A stretch of 64,000 nucleotides of DNA from Syntrophales bacterium (lineage in GTDB: Bacteria > Desulfobacterota > Syntrophia > Syntrophales > UBA4778), in contig CAXXQE010000008.1 of NCBI GenBank assembly GCA_963665615.2, positions 1 to 64,000 of the forward strand, written 5' to 3'. The notes under the pieces are model-generated. The model worked only from the letters and a program-made list of their open reading frames with translations. It was not told the DNA's origin and searched no databases. The position numbers and the translations under genes are program-made. Of this stretch, positions 9,829 through 20,135 are shown one piece after another. How positions within the stretch are numbered: the first letter of the stretch is position 1; each line of letters starts with the position of its first letter.

Positions 9829-11187
9829 CTAGTTTCTCAGGCTCGTCACCGGCGCCGGCAGGCGTCCCCCTCTTTTCAGAAAATCCCTGGCGGAGTAGGG
9901 ATTGACCGCCATGATCGGGGCCTCGCCCAGCAGCCCCCCATAATCCACGGAGTCCCCGGCCTTCTTCCCGGGAACGGGGATCACGCGAACGGCTGTCGTC
10001 TTGTTGTTGATGATCCCGATGGCCAATTCGTCGGCAATAATCGCATTGATCGTCTCTTCCGGCGTATCTCCCGGAATGGCGAACATGTCGAGCCCCACCG
10101 AACAGACCGCCGTGAGCCCCTCGAGTTTGTCCAGGGAGAGGGCGCCGCGTTTGACCGCATCGATCATGTTGCGGTCCTCGCTTACGGGAATGAAGGTGCC
10201 GCTCAGGCCGCCGACGTTGCCGCTGGCCATGGCGCCGCCCTTCTTGACCGCATCCATCAGGAGCGCCACCGCCAGGGTCGAACCATGCGCCCCGATCGAT
10301 TCAATGCCGAAGGCCTCCAGGATCGCCGCGACCGAATCCCCTTTTGCCGTTGTCGGCGCCAAAGAGATATCGACAATGCCGAACTGGACGTCGAGATTTT
10401 TTGCCAGCTCCCGCCCAACCAGCTCGCCGCCGCGCGTGATCTTGAAAACGGTCCGCTTGATGATCTCGGAGAGCTGCGTCAGATCGCAGTCCCGGTTCTG
10501 CGCCACCACGCTGCGCACCACGCCGGGCCCGCTGATTCCGATATTGAGTGAACGATCCCCTTCGCCCACGCCGTGATAGGCCCCGGCCATGAAGGGATTG
10601 TCTTCGGGGGCATTGACAAAGACCACGAACTTCGCACAACCGATGGCGTCTTTTGTCATCCCTGCCGTTCGCTTGAGCATAGGCCCGATGACGTTGACCG
10701 CGTCGAGATTCATCCCGGACACATTGGTGCCGACATTGAGAAAGGAACAGACCCGCGCCGTCTGGGCGAAGACATCGGGAAGCGCCTCAATCAACACCCG
10801 ATCCGATCGCGTCATCCCCTTCTGAACGCTGGCGCCGAAACCGCCGACAAAATCGATCCCCGCCTCGGTGGCAGCGCGATCCAGGGCTTGCGCCATGGAA
10901 ACGAATTTTTGCGGTTCGGCATGCGTCTCCATAATGAGGCTCACCGGCGTAATCGAGATCCGCTTATTGACAATCGGGATGCCGTATTTCTGCTCGAGTT
11001 TTTCCGCCTCGCGAACCAACTGCACGGCGTTGTCGAGCACCCGCCGATAGACCTTTTCCGTAAAGGCGCCAAAGTCGGAATCGATGCAGTCCTTGAGGTT
11101 GATCCCCAGCGTCGTCGTCCGGATATCCAGATTCTGATAGAGGATCATGCTGGCCGTTTCAAAAATCTCTTCAACCGATAGCGCCAT
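9829..11187 (-). CDS. UPF0210/DUF711 PFL-like protein
   Basis: [54 protein letters not shown]. Confidence 0.92.
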   Translation of the reverse strand: MALSVEEIFETASMILYQNLDIRTTTLGINLKDCIDSDFGAFTEKVYRRVLDNAVQLVREAEKLEQKYGIPIVNKRISITPVSLIMETHAEPQKFVSMAQALDRAATEAGIDFVGGFGASVQKGMTRSDRVLIEALPDVFAQTARVCSFLNVGTNVSGMNLDAVNVIGPMLKRTAGMTKDAIGCAKFVVFVNAPEDNPFMAGAYHGVGEGDRSLNIGISGPGVVRSVVAQNRDCDLTQLSEIIKRTVFKITRGGELVGRELAKNLDVQFGIVDISLAPTTAKGDSVAAILEAFGIESIGAHGSTLAVALLMDAVKKGGAMASGNVGGLSGTFIPVSEDRNMIDAVKRGALSLDKLEGLTAVCSVGLDMFAIPGDTPEETINAIIADELAIGIINNKTTAVRVIPVPGKKAGDSVDYGGLLGEAPIMAVNPYSARDFLKRGGRLPAPVTSLRN

Positions 11188-11189
11188 CG

Positions 11190-11468
11190 CTACACCCTGT
11201 GCATCATTTTGAAGATGTTTTCGCTCTGGATCTGAATCTGAAGTCCCAGATCCTGTCCGATCTGCGCCAAGTCCTTGCGCAGTTCATCGATCGGTCGTCC
11301 CGATTCGTGACTATCCACCAGCATGATCATGACAAAATAAGGTCCCATGATCTTCTGGTTGATGTCCTCGATGTTGATCTGATTCTTGTACAGATAATCG
11401 GCGACCGTCGCCACGATCCCTTTTCTGTCCTTGCCGATGACCGTAATAATCAGCAGTTCTTTTTCCAT
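11190..11468 (-). CDS. ACT-domain protein (UPF0237 type)
   Basis: [14 protein letters not shown]...IEDINQ...IFKMMHRV; usual partner of UPF0210. Confidence 0.9.
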   Translation of the reverse strand: MEKELLIITVIGKDRKGIVATVADYLYKNQINIEDINQKIMGPYFVMIMLVDSHESGRPIDELRKDLAQIGQDLGLQIQIQSENIFKMMHRV

Positions 11469-11516
11469 GAGGTTGTCCTTCTTCGTTTCTTTGAAAATAA
11501 TTGCATGTCCGATATT

Positions 11517-11545
11517 TTTCTAAAAAGATTCCAGACATTTGTCAA
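11517..11545 (-). promoter_or_regulatory. Sigma70-type promoter for ACT-UPF0210
   Basis: TTGACA-17 nt-TAGAAA on minus strand. Confidence 0.55.
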
Positions 11546-11548
11546 CAT

Positions 11549-11696
11549 GAATCCGGCAGCGAGCGCATTGCCCGCTGCTTGCGGCTGGATGAGCGAGCGG
11601 ATCATGTTTAATCAACTTCCTTAAGGATTGGAGATTCTCCTGAGCTTGCCCGTCTGCGTGCGGGTATGCACAGGCAGGCTCCGGGGGGTCTCCAAT
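11549..11696 (+). repeat. Family B palindromic repeat with a nested ~30-bp palindrome
   Basis: Aligns to 15685-15806, with extra CCGTCTGCGTGC-GGGTAT-GCACAGGCAGG inside the GAGCTTGCTCC hairpin. Confidence 0.8.
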
Positions 11697-11833
11697 CCGG
11701 CAGTGAATGCGGCACCCCCTGCCGTTCTCAAACCGTCTTTTTCTCAAGGACGGCCATCAAAGCTTTGACAGAAATGGCCCTCTGTGCTTAACTGCTAATC
11801 TTGGCATGTTGTATTTTTTCTCTCGGAGGCTCC

Positions 11834-14335
11834 ATGGAAAAGGCGGAAGATTTCAATCAGGACGCGGCGGAACGCGCTCATTCCGCAGAGGTGTTTTTTT
11901 ATCCCGCCGTGACCGGCAGCGTGGATCTGCCCGAGCTCGCCTTCCGTAAAAACCGAGATGAGAAGATCTTCACGCCGCTAACCCCTGAGTTGACGGAAGC
12001 GTTGTGCGTCCGTCAGCCGGCCCTGGCGGACAGGTTCCGTGCCCTCGACAGCGCCTATTTCGACGCCCTCGTCTCGCCGATGGCGGCCCGAACCGCGGGC
12101 TGCGACATCACATTGCAAATTATCAGCCGTCGCTCGGCCGTCTTGAGGCTTGAGAGACGTGGCGCCGACATCCTGATTGAGGCGCACTGGAATCTGTTCA
12201 TCCCATACTTCGACCACATCAAGTCTCTTCCGATCGTCCACCAAGAAATCCTGGAGACCTTTGCCGCCGCGGCCTTTCACTTCATCGCCTTGACCCTGAC
12301 ACAGCCCGGCATGGCCAAGGGCCGCCTGCGGCGCCTGGTCCTGGAGGCCTATCGGGACCGTTCCGATCTGCTGCTGGCCTCCCTCGATATTTTCAATAAG
12401 ACCAATGTCTATCACGTTTACCCCACGCGGATCTGGATGAACCGGATTTTTACGGTCAACGATCACTATTGCCTGGAAATCGACACGGCCGATGCGGCGG
12501 CCTCGCCCCAGGTGGATCATGCCTTCCTTCAGGAGGTCAAACTCTTCATCCACAAAATCGTGAAGAATTTCGCCTTTCGGTACGTCCACTACCCCTGGAC
12601 CCAGCGCTACCGGATCGTTTTCGGCGCCGATACGCCGTCCGGCATGGTAACGTATGCGGGCAACGATATCGTCTTCAACATCCGTCCGCTGATCGGCCTG
12701 ACCCCCTGGAAACCGGCGGTCTATTTCAGTCTCGGCTACGCGGTCATGCTGGCGATGCTTCAGGCCTCGCAAAAGGACAACAAACAGGTCAACACCTGCC
12801 TGGCCATGACAAAGACCTGGAACCGCTATCTGAGTTTCGACGAGGAGATCGAACAGCAGAGTGTTCGCGACCTCTATCGGCTCCCGGATCTGCCCGAGGA
12901 GGAGCTTTGCCGCGAGTTGCTCGCCGCCACGATCGGGACGGCCTGTCCGGAGGCCATCGACGATTTTATCGTGCTCAACAACTACTCGGCCAGGGAGTCC
13001 TTCTCCGAGCGGCTGACGGCTCTGAGCGGATCGAAGCACGGCGATAAGACCGGAGAATATTTCGAGGACCTCTCTCGCGAGATTGCCAGTCTCAACACCT
13101 CGATGATGCGCAACAACATCAACTTCGGCAAGCTCATCGAAGTACTGCGCAATGAAAACATCGACCATTTGCAGTTAAAGGACCTCCTGCTGACCGGATA
13201 CATCGACAATCGTCAGGTCGTGGACGTGAGCGAATGGCTGCTGCTGAGAACCCTCCTGTACGACCTCATCAACGCCCCCAAGGTCTTCAGAAACGATTAC
13301 AAGATGCTCGTCAACGTTTTGACCAGGGTCAACAAGAGCCTGATCGTCTTTATCTGGACGCTGGGACTGGACAACGACCCGCGCTATGCGATGGTCAGTC
13401 ATTACGTCGCCCAGTTGATGAACGAGATCTTCGTCTTCAACCGCGTCAAGATTTACGAAATCGTTGCGGACCCTGTCGAGTGCCTCGAGGCGGAGGCGGT
13501 CACCGGTTATCTGCTCAACTGGGCGAGCTTCAAGAGCGAGGAACGCAATTCGATCATCGACGGCATGACGGCGGCCATGCCCCGCGACGCCATCACCAGG
13601 CTGCATATCCAATCAATCGAACAGGCAGATCAGTTGATCGCGGGGATGCGCTCGCGCACGAGCGGTCTCATCGGCTTCTATCTCCACCAGGCCTACCGTT
13701 GGGGCAGCACCGGCGATGCGATCACCGAGCGAATTCGCTCCTATTTCCCCATGCTGCTGGAAAAAACGCAAAATGCACTGACGCCGGCCAAGCGCATTAT
13801 GGGCGGGGCGATGTTGTTGCTCGTTCTGGCGGAAATCGTTTCCGACGCGCGGGATGGATTTGCTCCCAACACCGTCGTTACGGAGGAAGACGAACGAATC
13901 GTCCGCAACCTCATCAAACAGTGCACCTGCTGGAATCAGAGTCACTTTGTCATGATGGTGGCCGGGACGGCCGTGGGGTATATGGGACGGATAGACGAAT
14001 GGAGCCTCCAGCAGTTCGACTCCCTGCTGGGACGATACGACGGCGGCGATCGCGTGATCCTGCGAAGCGTCGTGCAATTCGACGTGGAGAAGCTGGTCGA
14101 GCGCACGCTGCTGACGGCCCGCGAGGGCGAGGCGGCCGAACTGGCGAAACTGATGCAACTACTCAGGGTTGAGGTCGATCCCGTCATCAGCGATCAGACC
14201 AACCGGGTCCTCAGAGAACTCGCCGCACTGCACGGCCTGGAACACTCCGAAGCCCTCTTCAGAAAAAAAGACATCTTCGATCTGCTGCCGACACTGGCGC
14301 GGTGTGTTAAGGTAAAGGCGGCCTGTCAGGTATAA
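11834..14335 (+). CDS. Large hypothetical protein (833 aa)
   Basis: Long ORF, GGAGG SD before ATG 11834, TTGACA-17-TTAACT upstream; no family recognised. Confidence 0.85.
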   Translation: MEKAEDFNQDAAERAHSAEVFFYPAVTGSVDLPELAFRKNRDEKIFTPLTPELTEALCVRQPALADRFRALDSAYFDALVSPMAARTAGCDITLQIISRRSAVLRLERRGADILIEAHWNLFIPYFDHIKSLPIVHQEILETFAAAAFHFIALTLTQPGMAKGRLRRLVLEAYRDRSDLLLASLDIFNKTNVYHVYPTRIWMNRIFTVNDHYCLEIDTADAAASPQVDHAFLQEVKLFIHKIVKNFAFRYVHYPWTQRYRIVFGADTPSGMVTYAGNDIVFNIRPLIGLTPWKPAVYFSLGYAVMLAMLQASQKDNKQVNTCLAMTKTWNRYLSFDEEIEQQSVRDLYRLPDLPEEELCRELLAATIGTACPEAIDDFIVLNNYSARESFSERLTALSGSKHGDKTGEYFEDLSREIASLNTSMMRNNINFGKLIEVLRNENIDHLQLKDLLLTGYIDNRQVVDVSEWLLLRTLLYDLINAPKVFRNDYKMLVNVLTRVNKSLIVFIWTLGLDNDPRYAMVSHYVAQLMNEIFVFNRVKIYEIVADPVECLEAEAVTGYLLNWASFKSEERNSIIDGMTAAMPRDAITRLHIQSIEQADQLIAGMRSRTSGLIGFYLHQAYRWGSTGDAITERIRSYFPMLLEKTQNALTPAKRIMGGAMLLLVLAEIVSDARDGFAPNTVVTEEDERIVRNLIKQCTCWNQSHFVMMVAGTAVGYMGRIDEWSLQQFDSLLGRYDGGDRVILRSVVQFDVEKLVERTLLTAREGEAAELAKLMQLLRVEVDPVISDQTNRVLRELAALHGLEHSEALFRKKDIFDLLPTLARCVKVKAACQV

Positions 14336-14340
14336 AGCTG

Positions 14341-14388
14341 GAAGTTAAGAAGCTGAGCGGCTGAGAAGTTAAGGGCGGCTTTCGCCGC
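14341..14388 (+). repeat. Octamer tandem array ending in GCGGC-TTTC-GCCGC hairpin
   Basis: GAAGTTAA GAAGCTGA GCGGCTGA GAAGTTAA just after the stop codon. Confidence 0.6.
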
Positions 14389-14452
14389 GGTTGCCGGTTG
14401 GCAGCACACGGTTAAACCGCAAGACAGAGAGAAGGCGGATTTCACGCGCATA

Positions 14453-14481
14453 TTGACACCGGCAGGCAACGGGATTAGAAT
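14453..14481 (+). promoter_or_regulatory. Near-consensus sigma70 promoter with no downstream CDS
   Basis: TTGACA-17 nt-TAGAAT. Confidence 0.65.
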
Positions 14482-14487
14482 ATAACC

Positions 14488-14737
14488 GAAAGCGGGAGAA
14501 AAGAAGGCAAAAGGTCGATCGCCCGTTTTTGACCGCTCTTTGAAAGCTTTAAGTAAATGCCAACCCTATAAACCCTCTGGCAAGATACTGCGATGTTCGT
14601 AGGAGTCTGTTCTACTGGGAGTAGACAGAAACAGAGACAAGGGTCCACGTGGCGATCGCCGCCCAAAAGGACCGATTGTTCAATGAAGAGACTCCAGCAA
14701 AAGACGAGACACGGCACCGCGGTTCTTGCCTTTTTTA
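14488..14737 (+). ncRNA. Candidate small RNA or orphan leader
   Basis: Lies between the strong promoter and an imperfect hairpin plus T6; boxA-like GCTCTTTGAAA at 14535-14545; several hairpins. Confidence 0.3.
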
Positions 14738-14743
14738 TTATCC

Positions 14744-14861
14744 ATTGAAGACCCCCCGAAGCAAGCTCCGGTGAATCTCCGATTCCCAAGGTAGCTGCTC
14801 TTTCCTGATTCGCTCGTTTACCCCGCCGCAAGCAGCGGGGAATGCGCTTGCTAAAAAATTC
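14744..14861 (-). repeat. Family B palindromic repeat
   Basis: Reverse-complement match to 15685-15806. Confidence 0.85.
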
Positions 14862-14868
14862 GCATCAT

Positions 14869-15384
14869 TTATTGGTGAGCGGGACGCCGTGTAAACGAGC
14901 GCGGACGGACGATGAACCAGCTTGCAGCGATAACCGAACCGATCACCGTATAACAGACAGCAAATAACCACGAGGGGGCTTGATAATACAAGATCGTTTG
15001 CAGCCAATGCCCTATGAACGTACCGGCGTAGACAGTTTCTCCGGCCCGGGAACGTAGCGTCATTTCCCAGGTCGTCAACGGGCATATCGCCCCGAACCAC
15101 GACTGGATAACCACCACACTGATAGCCGCGAGATGCCCCAGCCGAAACCAGGGATTCCGAACCCAGCGCCAGCCACGAGCCTTTCCCGCGAAAATAAGCA
15201 CAAGACCGACTAAAACAAAAACGACGAACAGGATATGCAGCAGAAGGATTGCATCGGCGGCCAGCAGAAAAAAAGAAGGCGCGCCGAAGATGCCCCGGAG
15301 CCAGAGCGGTGAGGCAGAGGCCTCAGACCTCAAGTGGGGACTAACTTCACCTGCCTTCTTCCTTCGACGTTCGTCCCGCGTCAC
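14869..15384 (-). CDS. DUF2784-family membrane protein (start uncertain)
   Basis: ADAILLLH, RLGHLAA, CPLTTWE.LR, FIGHWL..ILY. Confidence 0.8.
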   Translation of the reverse strand: MTRDERRRKKAGEVSPHLRSEASASPLWLRGIFGAPSFFLLAADAILLLHILFVVFVLVGLVLIFAGKARGWRWVRNPWFRLGHLAAISVVVIQSWFGAICPLTTWEMTLRSRAGETVYAGTFIGHWLQTILYYQAPSWLFAVCYTVIGSVIAASWFIVRPRSFTRRPAHQ

Positions 15385-15494
15385 GGTCCGATACCCCTGT
15401 CTTCCTCTGTCAAATTAAGTCCTGCATAAATACGATTCACCTACCAACTAAATGTTTTTGAAAAGCTGTGGTAGCATGAATTACGATTTAAAAA

Positions 15495-15552
15495 ATGCAA
15501 CGCAAAAATCATCGGCGGCTGCAACACGTCCGCTGGATTGCCTTAGTTGGCG
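15495..15552 (-). mobile_element. Decayed integron attC-like site
   Basis: Minus strand CGCCAAC-TAAGGC-AATCCAGCGG...CCGATGATT-TTTGC-GTTGCAT: R''/L''/L'/R' layout with the extra base in L''. Confidence 0.5.
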
Positions 15553-15650
15553 TTATCTTTAGTGTCCCTTCCGGGGATGGTTGAAACCCCTCGCCTCGCA
15601 ATCGCTTGACCTATCGATCCCGCACCGATGACAACAATAGTATGGCTCAT
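15543..15650 (-). pseudogene. Truncated short-chain dehydrogenase remnant (35 aa)
   Basis: AAGGAG SD, MSHTIVVIGAGSIGQAIARR Rossmann start, then unrelated sequence and a stop. Confidence 0.7.
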
Positions 15651-15684
15651 TGCAAACTCCTTTTATTTTTTGCTCCTCATGGGT

Positions 15685-15806
15685 GAATCCGGCAGCGAGC
15701 GCATTCCTCGCAGCTTGCTGCGCGGGGTAAGCGAGCGAATCATGTCTAAACCTTTTCTCCTTAGGGATCGGAGATTCGCCGGAGCTTGCTCCGGTGAGTC
15801 TTCAAT
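15685..15806 (+). repeat. Family B palindromic repeat (reference copy)
   Basis: GAATCCGGCAGCGAGCGCATT...CGCAGCTTGCTGCG...CCGGAGCTTGCTCCGGTGAGTCTTCAAT; five related copies in window. Confidence 0.9.
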
Positions 15807-15811
15807 TTTCC

Positions 15812-16144
15812 TTAACACTTTCCTTGCTGATCAAGCACCGTTTTCAAATGGCCAAAGCCAGAGGCAGCAGTCGGCCATCCGGCATAAAATGCAATGTGCG
15901 TAATAGCTGCCACAAGTTCTTCCTTGGTGAGTCCATTTTCAAAAGCCTTCTTGAGATGAAATTCGACTTGCTCGATGCGATTCAAGGCAACCAGGCACGT
16001 AACTGTAATCAGGCTTTTATCGCGCTGCGAGAGCCCCGGACGTTTCCAGATATCTCCGAAAAGAAAATCATCGGTGAGTTTCGCGAATTCAGGCGCTACA
16101 GCCTCTAAGTCACTTGTCGCTTTTTTTACGTTATCGTTTGACAT
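15812..16144 (-). CDS. Carboxymuconolactone decarboxylase (AhpD-like) family protein
   Basis: LFGDIWKRPGLSQRDKSLIT, HIAFYAGWP. Confidence 0.9.
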   Translation of the reverse strand: MSNDNVKKATSDLEAVAPEFAKLTDDFLFGDIWKRPGLSQRDKSLITVTCLVALNRIEQVEFHLKKAFENGLTKEELVAAITHIAFYAGWPTAASGFGHLKTVLDQQGKC

Positions 16145-16243
16145 GTGAGCCTCCTTTTCGACTAGATAAAAAAACACTGAAAAATATTGTTCAGACGCAA
16201 AGACAATAGATACTCCATGAGAGTCTCACTAAACGTTGCTATC

Positions 16244-16987
16244 CTATAACTCCTGGCGTGTCGGCCGGAACAGAATCTCATTGATGTCTACATCTTCGGG
16301 CTGGCTGATTGCGAACGCAACTGCACGCGCGAATGAGTCGGCAGGTATCGCATATTCCCCATAGAACTTGTGAATCTTCTCGGAGATGTCCGGCTCAGTG
16401 ATGGAGTCCGGCAGTTCCGAGGCGACAGCACCCGGCGAGATTATTGTTGTACGAATATTGTATGGCTTCACTTCCTGGCGAAGCCCCTCGGAAAGGGCTC
16501 GCACTGCATGCTTGGTTGCGCAATAGACCGCTCCGGCGTATGTAACCTTATGCCCACCGACAGAAGAAACATTGATGATGTGGCCAGCCTGCTGCTGCTT
16601 CATATACGGCAGCGCCGCAGCAATGCCATACAGTACACCCTTGATATTCACGTCGATCATACGGTCCCATTCATCGATCTTAAGGCGCTCCAATGGAGAG
16701 TGCGGCATCAAACCTGCGTTATTGATCATGACGTCGATGCGCCCGAATGTATGGACAGCTGTATCGACTAATTTCTTCACTTGCTCAACATGGGTAACGT
16801 CTGTAGCTACTGCCAACGCTTTACCCCCATTGCCGGTTAACTCATTCACCAGTGATTGGAGGCGATCCATACGCCGTGCACCCATTACAACGGTTGCGCC
16901 CTGTTTAGAGAGAAGCCGGGCAGCTGCTTCACCCAATCCGCTGCTGGCGCCTGTTATAGCAATGATTTTCCCTTCGATGTTGTTCAT
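16244..16987 (-). CDS. SDR-family oxidoreductase
   Basis: [17 protein letters not shown]. Confidence 0.95.
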   Translation of the reverse strand: MNNIEGKIIAITGASSGLGEAAARLLSKQGATVVMGARRMDRLQSLVNELTGNGGKALAVATDVTHVEQVKKLVDTAVHTFGRIDVMINNAGLMPHSPLERLKIDEWDRMIDVNIKGVLYGIAAALPYMKQQQAGHIINVSSVGGHKVTYAGAVYCATKHAVRALSEGLRQEVKPYNIRTTIISPGAVASELPDSITEPDISEKIHKFYGEYAIPADSFARAVAFAISQPEDVDINEILFRPTRQEL

Positions 16988-17007
16988 AAATTCTCCTGTT
17001 CATTCGC

Positions 17008-18030
<1,023 letters not shown>

Positions 18031-18127
18031 TCATTGATGTAAAAACCATTTCATTAGACAGTCCAGTCTTTAGGTTGTCAGCGCAAACCGATCATTGCCT
18101 ATTTTCAATTCTTTCAAGAGCGCTGGT

Positions 18128-18625
18128 CTATTCTTCCCGGAGACGGCTCAGCCAGGAATCGAGGGCCTTATCAGCCTTGCCTGTCCCAGCCTGACGTGGC
18201 TTGAATAAATCGATGCCTTCAAGTACAACGGCATTTCTTGCCTGCTCTTTGAAATGGAGAAAGGTCTTTCCGATGCCTCCCTCATGGGTACAAAAAATGG
18301 AGACCCTTTTACCTGTAAGATTAGCCTGCTTTAACAAACTCATGACCGGAGTTGAAACCGTGTACCACCACACAGGGCTTCCCACCAGGATCAGATCGTA
18401 TCGGGACAGATCGGGCGCACTTTTCTTCAGCACCGGCAGATCATTATTCTGCAATTCCCGTTTGGCCTCTTCGATCAGCTCGGAATAATCGGATGGGTAT
18501 GTCTTAACTGTCTCGATCTCAAACAAATCGCCCCCGGTCTTATTTTGAAGTTCCTTGGCCACACTCTTCGTGTTTCCGGTAAGGGAGTAAAAGACGATCA
18601 ACACCTTTGCATCATGTTTACCCAT
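18128..18625 (-). CDS. Flavodoxin
   Basis: YSLTGNT, GSPVWWY, FCTHEGG. Confidence 0.9.
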   Translation of the reverse strand: MGKHDAKVLIVFYSLTGNTKSVAKELQNKTGGDLFEIETVKTYPSDYSELIEEAKRELQNNDLPVLKKSAPDLSRYDLILVGSPVWWYTVSTPVMSLLKQANLTGKRVSIFCTHEGGIGKTFLHFKEQARNAVVLEGIDLFKPRQAGTGKADKALDSWLSRLREE

Positions 18626-18818
18626 TTTCTGCCTCACTCCTTGAACTTTATTTGTTGGCCATACTATAGCGCTGCCTGGCGGCGAAATGAATATACAATC
18701 CTACCAAATTCTTGCCTATTTCTCTTATTGAATATTAAAACGATGTGAATTATGTTATAAGGAAACCTGACAAGAGGATCTGTATCAAGCTAGAAATCAA
18801 TTAAATTAAGATGGATAG

Positions 18819-19727
18819 ATGAATATGATCAAAAACGAGTCTGAAGGCCTCGCAAGGGCCAACAATCTGTTGAAAAAGAAATTGCTGAGACTGATGCCGG
18901 AATCTGGACGTTATCCGACGGCTATTAAAGGACTGTCGATCTCCCGGCGACATGACGCCAAGGAACTGCAGAACTGCGTTTACAATCCGCTCATCGCAGT
19001 GGTCCTCCAAGGGACCAAACGCTCTGTAATCGGATCCGAGGAATACCGATACGGGGAAAATCACTGTCTGGTTATCGGGGTGGACATCCCTAGCGCCAAT
19101 CACGTCATCAGCGCATCTCCGGAGAAGCCGTTTCTGGCGCTATCGCTTGATCTCGATAGATATCTGATTGCTCAACTCGCAGCGGAGGTCCCGCCATCTT
19201 CCAGAGATGGAAATGGTGGCTATAAAGGGATGGCCGTAGCGGAAGTAGATCCCGATGTGCTGGATGCTTTCTTGCGCCTGATCGAGATCCTTGAGAAACC
19301 GGAACAGATTCCTATTCTCGCTCCTATGATCATCCGAGAGATCCATTACCGTCTGCTCATTGGGCCTCAGGGTGAGCACCTGAGAATGGTCAATACCCTT
19401 GGCACGCAGAGCAACCAGATTGCAAAAAGCATCACATGGCTCAGAGAAAAATACAAAGAGCCTTTACAGGTGGATGAATTAGCCAGGAAGGTGAACATGG
19501 CGACCTCCACTTTCCACCGGTACTTCAGGCAGGTGACGACCTTGAGCCCCATTCAGTATCAGAAGCGCCTTCGTCTTTACGAAGCGCAGCGCCTGATGCT
19601 GGTTGAAAATGAAGACGCCACCATAGCTGCCCTGGAAGTGGGCTATGAAAGCCCGACTCAATTTAATCGGGAATACAAGCGGCTTTTTGGTGAGCCACCC
19701 CATAGGCATGTGAACCAAATGAAATAA
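18819..19727 (+). CDS. AraC-family regulator (YqhC-like, AraC_N domain)
   Basis: LQGTKR, REIHYRLL, SPIQYQKRLRL, VGYESPTQFNREYKRLFG; divergent from the oxidoreductase operon. Confidence 0.93.
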   Translation: MNMIKNESEGLARANNLLKKKLLRLMPESGRYPTAIKGLSISRRHDAKELQNCVYNPLIAVVLQGTKRSVIGSEEYRYGENHCLVIGVDIPSANHVISASPEKPFLALSLDLDRYLIAQLAAEVPPSSRDGNGGYKGMAVAEVDPDVLDAFLRLIEILEKPEQIPILAPMIIREIHYRLLIGPQGEHLRMVNTLGTQSNQIAKSITWLREKYKEPLQVDELARKVNMATSTFHRYFRQVTTLSPIQYQKRLRLYEAQRLMLVENEDATIAALEVGYESPTQFNREYKRLFGEPPHRHVNQMK

Positions 19728-19939
19728 CCCGCCCAAAAATCGTTTTAGTAGAAATCAAGAATTGTGATTACTGTTTGCAGCCATTACATTTCATAAAATT
19801 ACTGCGTTGTCTCTTTCAGGAAGCAACTAACATAGGTAAGCTCCCGGTTCTGCCGGGGGGCTGTGGCTGTTCATATCGTCATTGCACATTGTGTTAAGAC
19901 AAATTCATTGAAAGACACCGCACTATCTCCTAAAACGCG

Positions 19940-19985
19940 AAGAGGGGTTGGAAAGCCGCACGGACTCCCAACCCCTCTTTTCTTT
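19940..19985 (+). terminator. Intrinsic terminator-like hairpin
   Basis: AAGAGGGGTTGG...CCAACCCCTCTT followed by a T-rich tract. Confidence 0.65.
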
Positions 19986-20073
19986 GTCTTGTCTTTACTG
20001 TTGACTTCTGACTAAGTTGCCAATTTTGTCCCCGTCAAGTCGCAGCAGCGTCGCAGTCTCATTATTTTGTGTC

Positions 20074-20132
20074 TTGTAACTCGTCACTCGTCACTGCGGC
20101 GTCAACCGCTATTTACTGGTTACTGTTGACTG
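20074..20132 (-). repeat. Family H heptamer array with embedded hairpin
   Basis: Minus strand GTCAACA GTAACCA GTAAATA GCGGTTGACGCCGCA GTGACGA GTGACGA GTTACAA after the nifS stop. Confidence 0.8.
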
Positions 20133-20135
20133 CCT

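Noticed and set aside
15628..15903. Short ORFs spanning repeat elements (also 24063-24314, 30718-31008, 58170-58475)
   Set aside because: Translations of families B and C; their mutual similarity comes from the DNA repeat.
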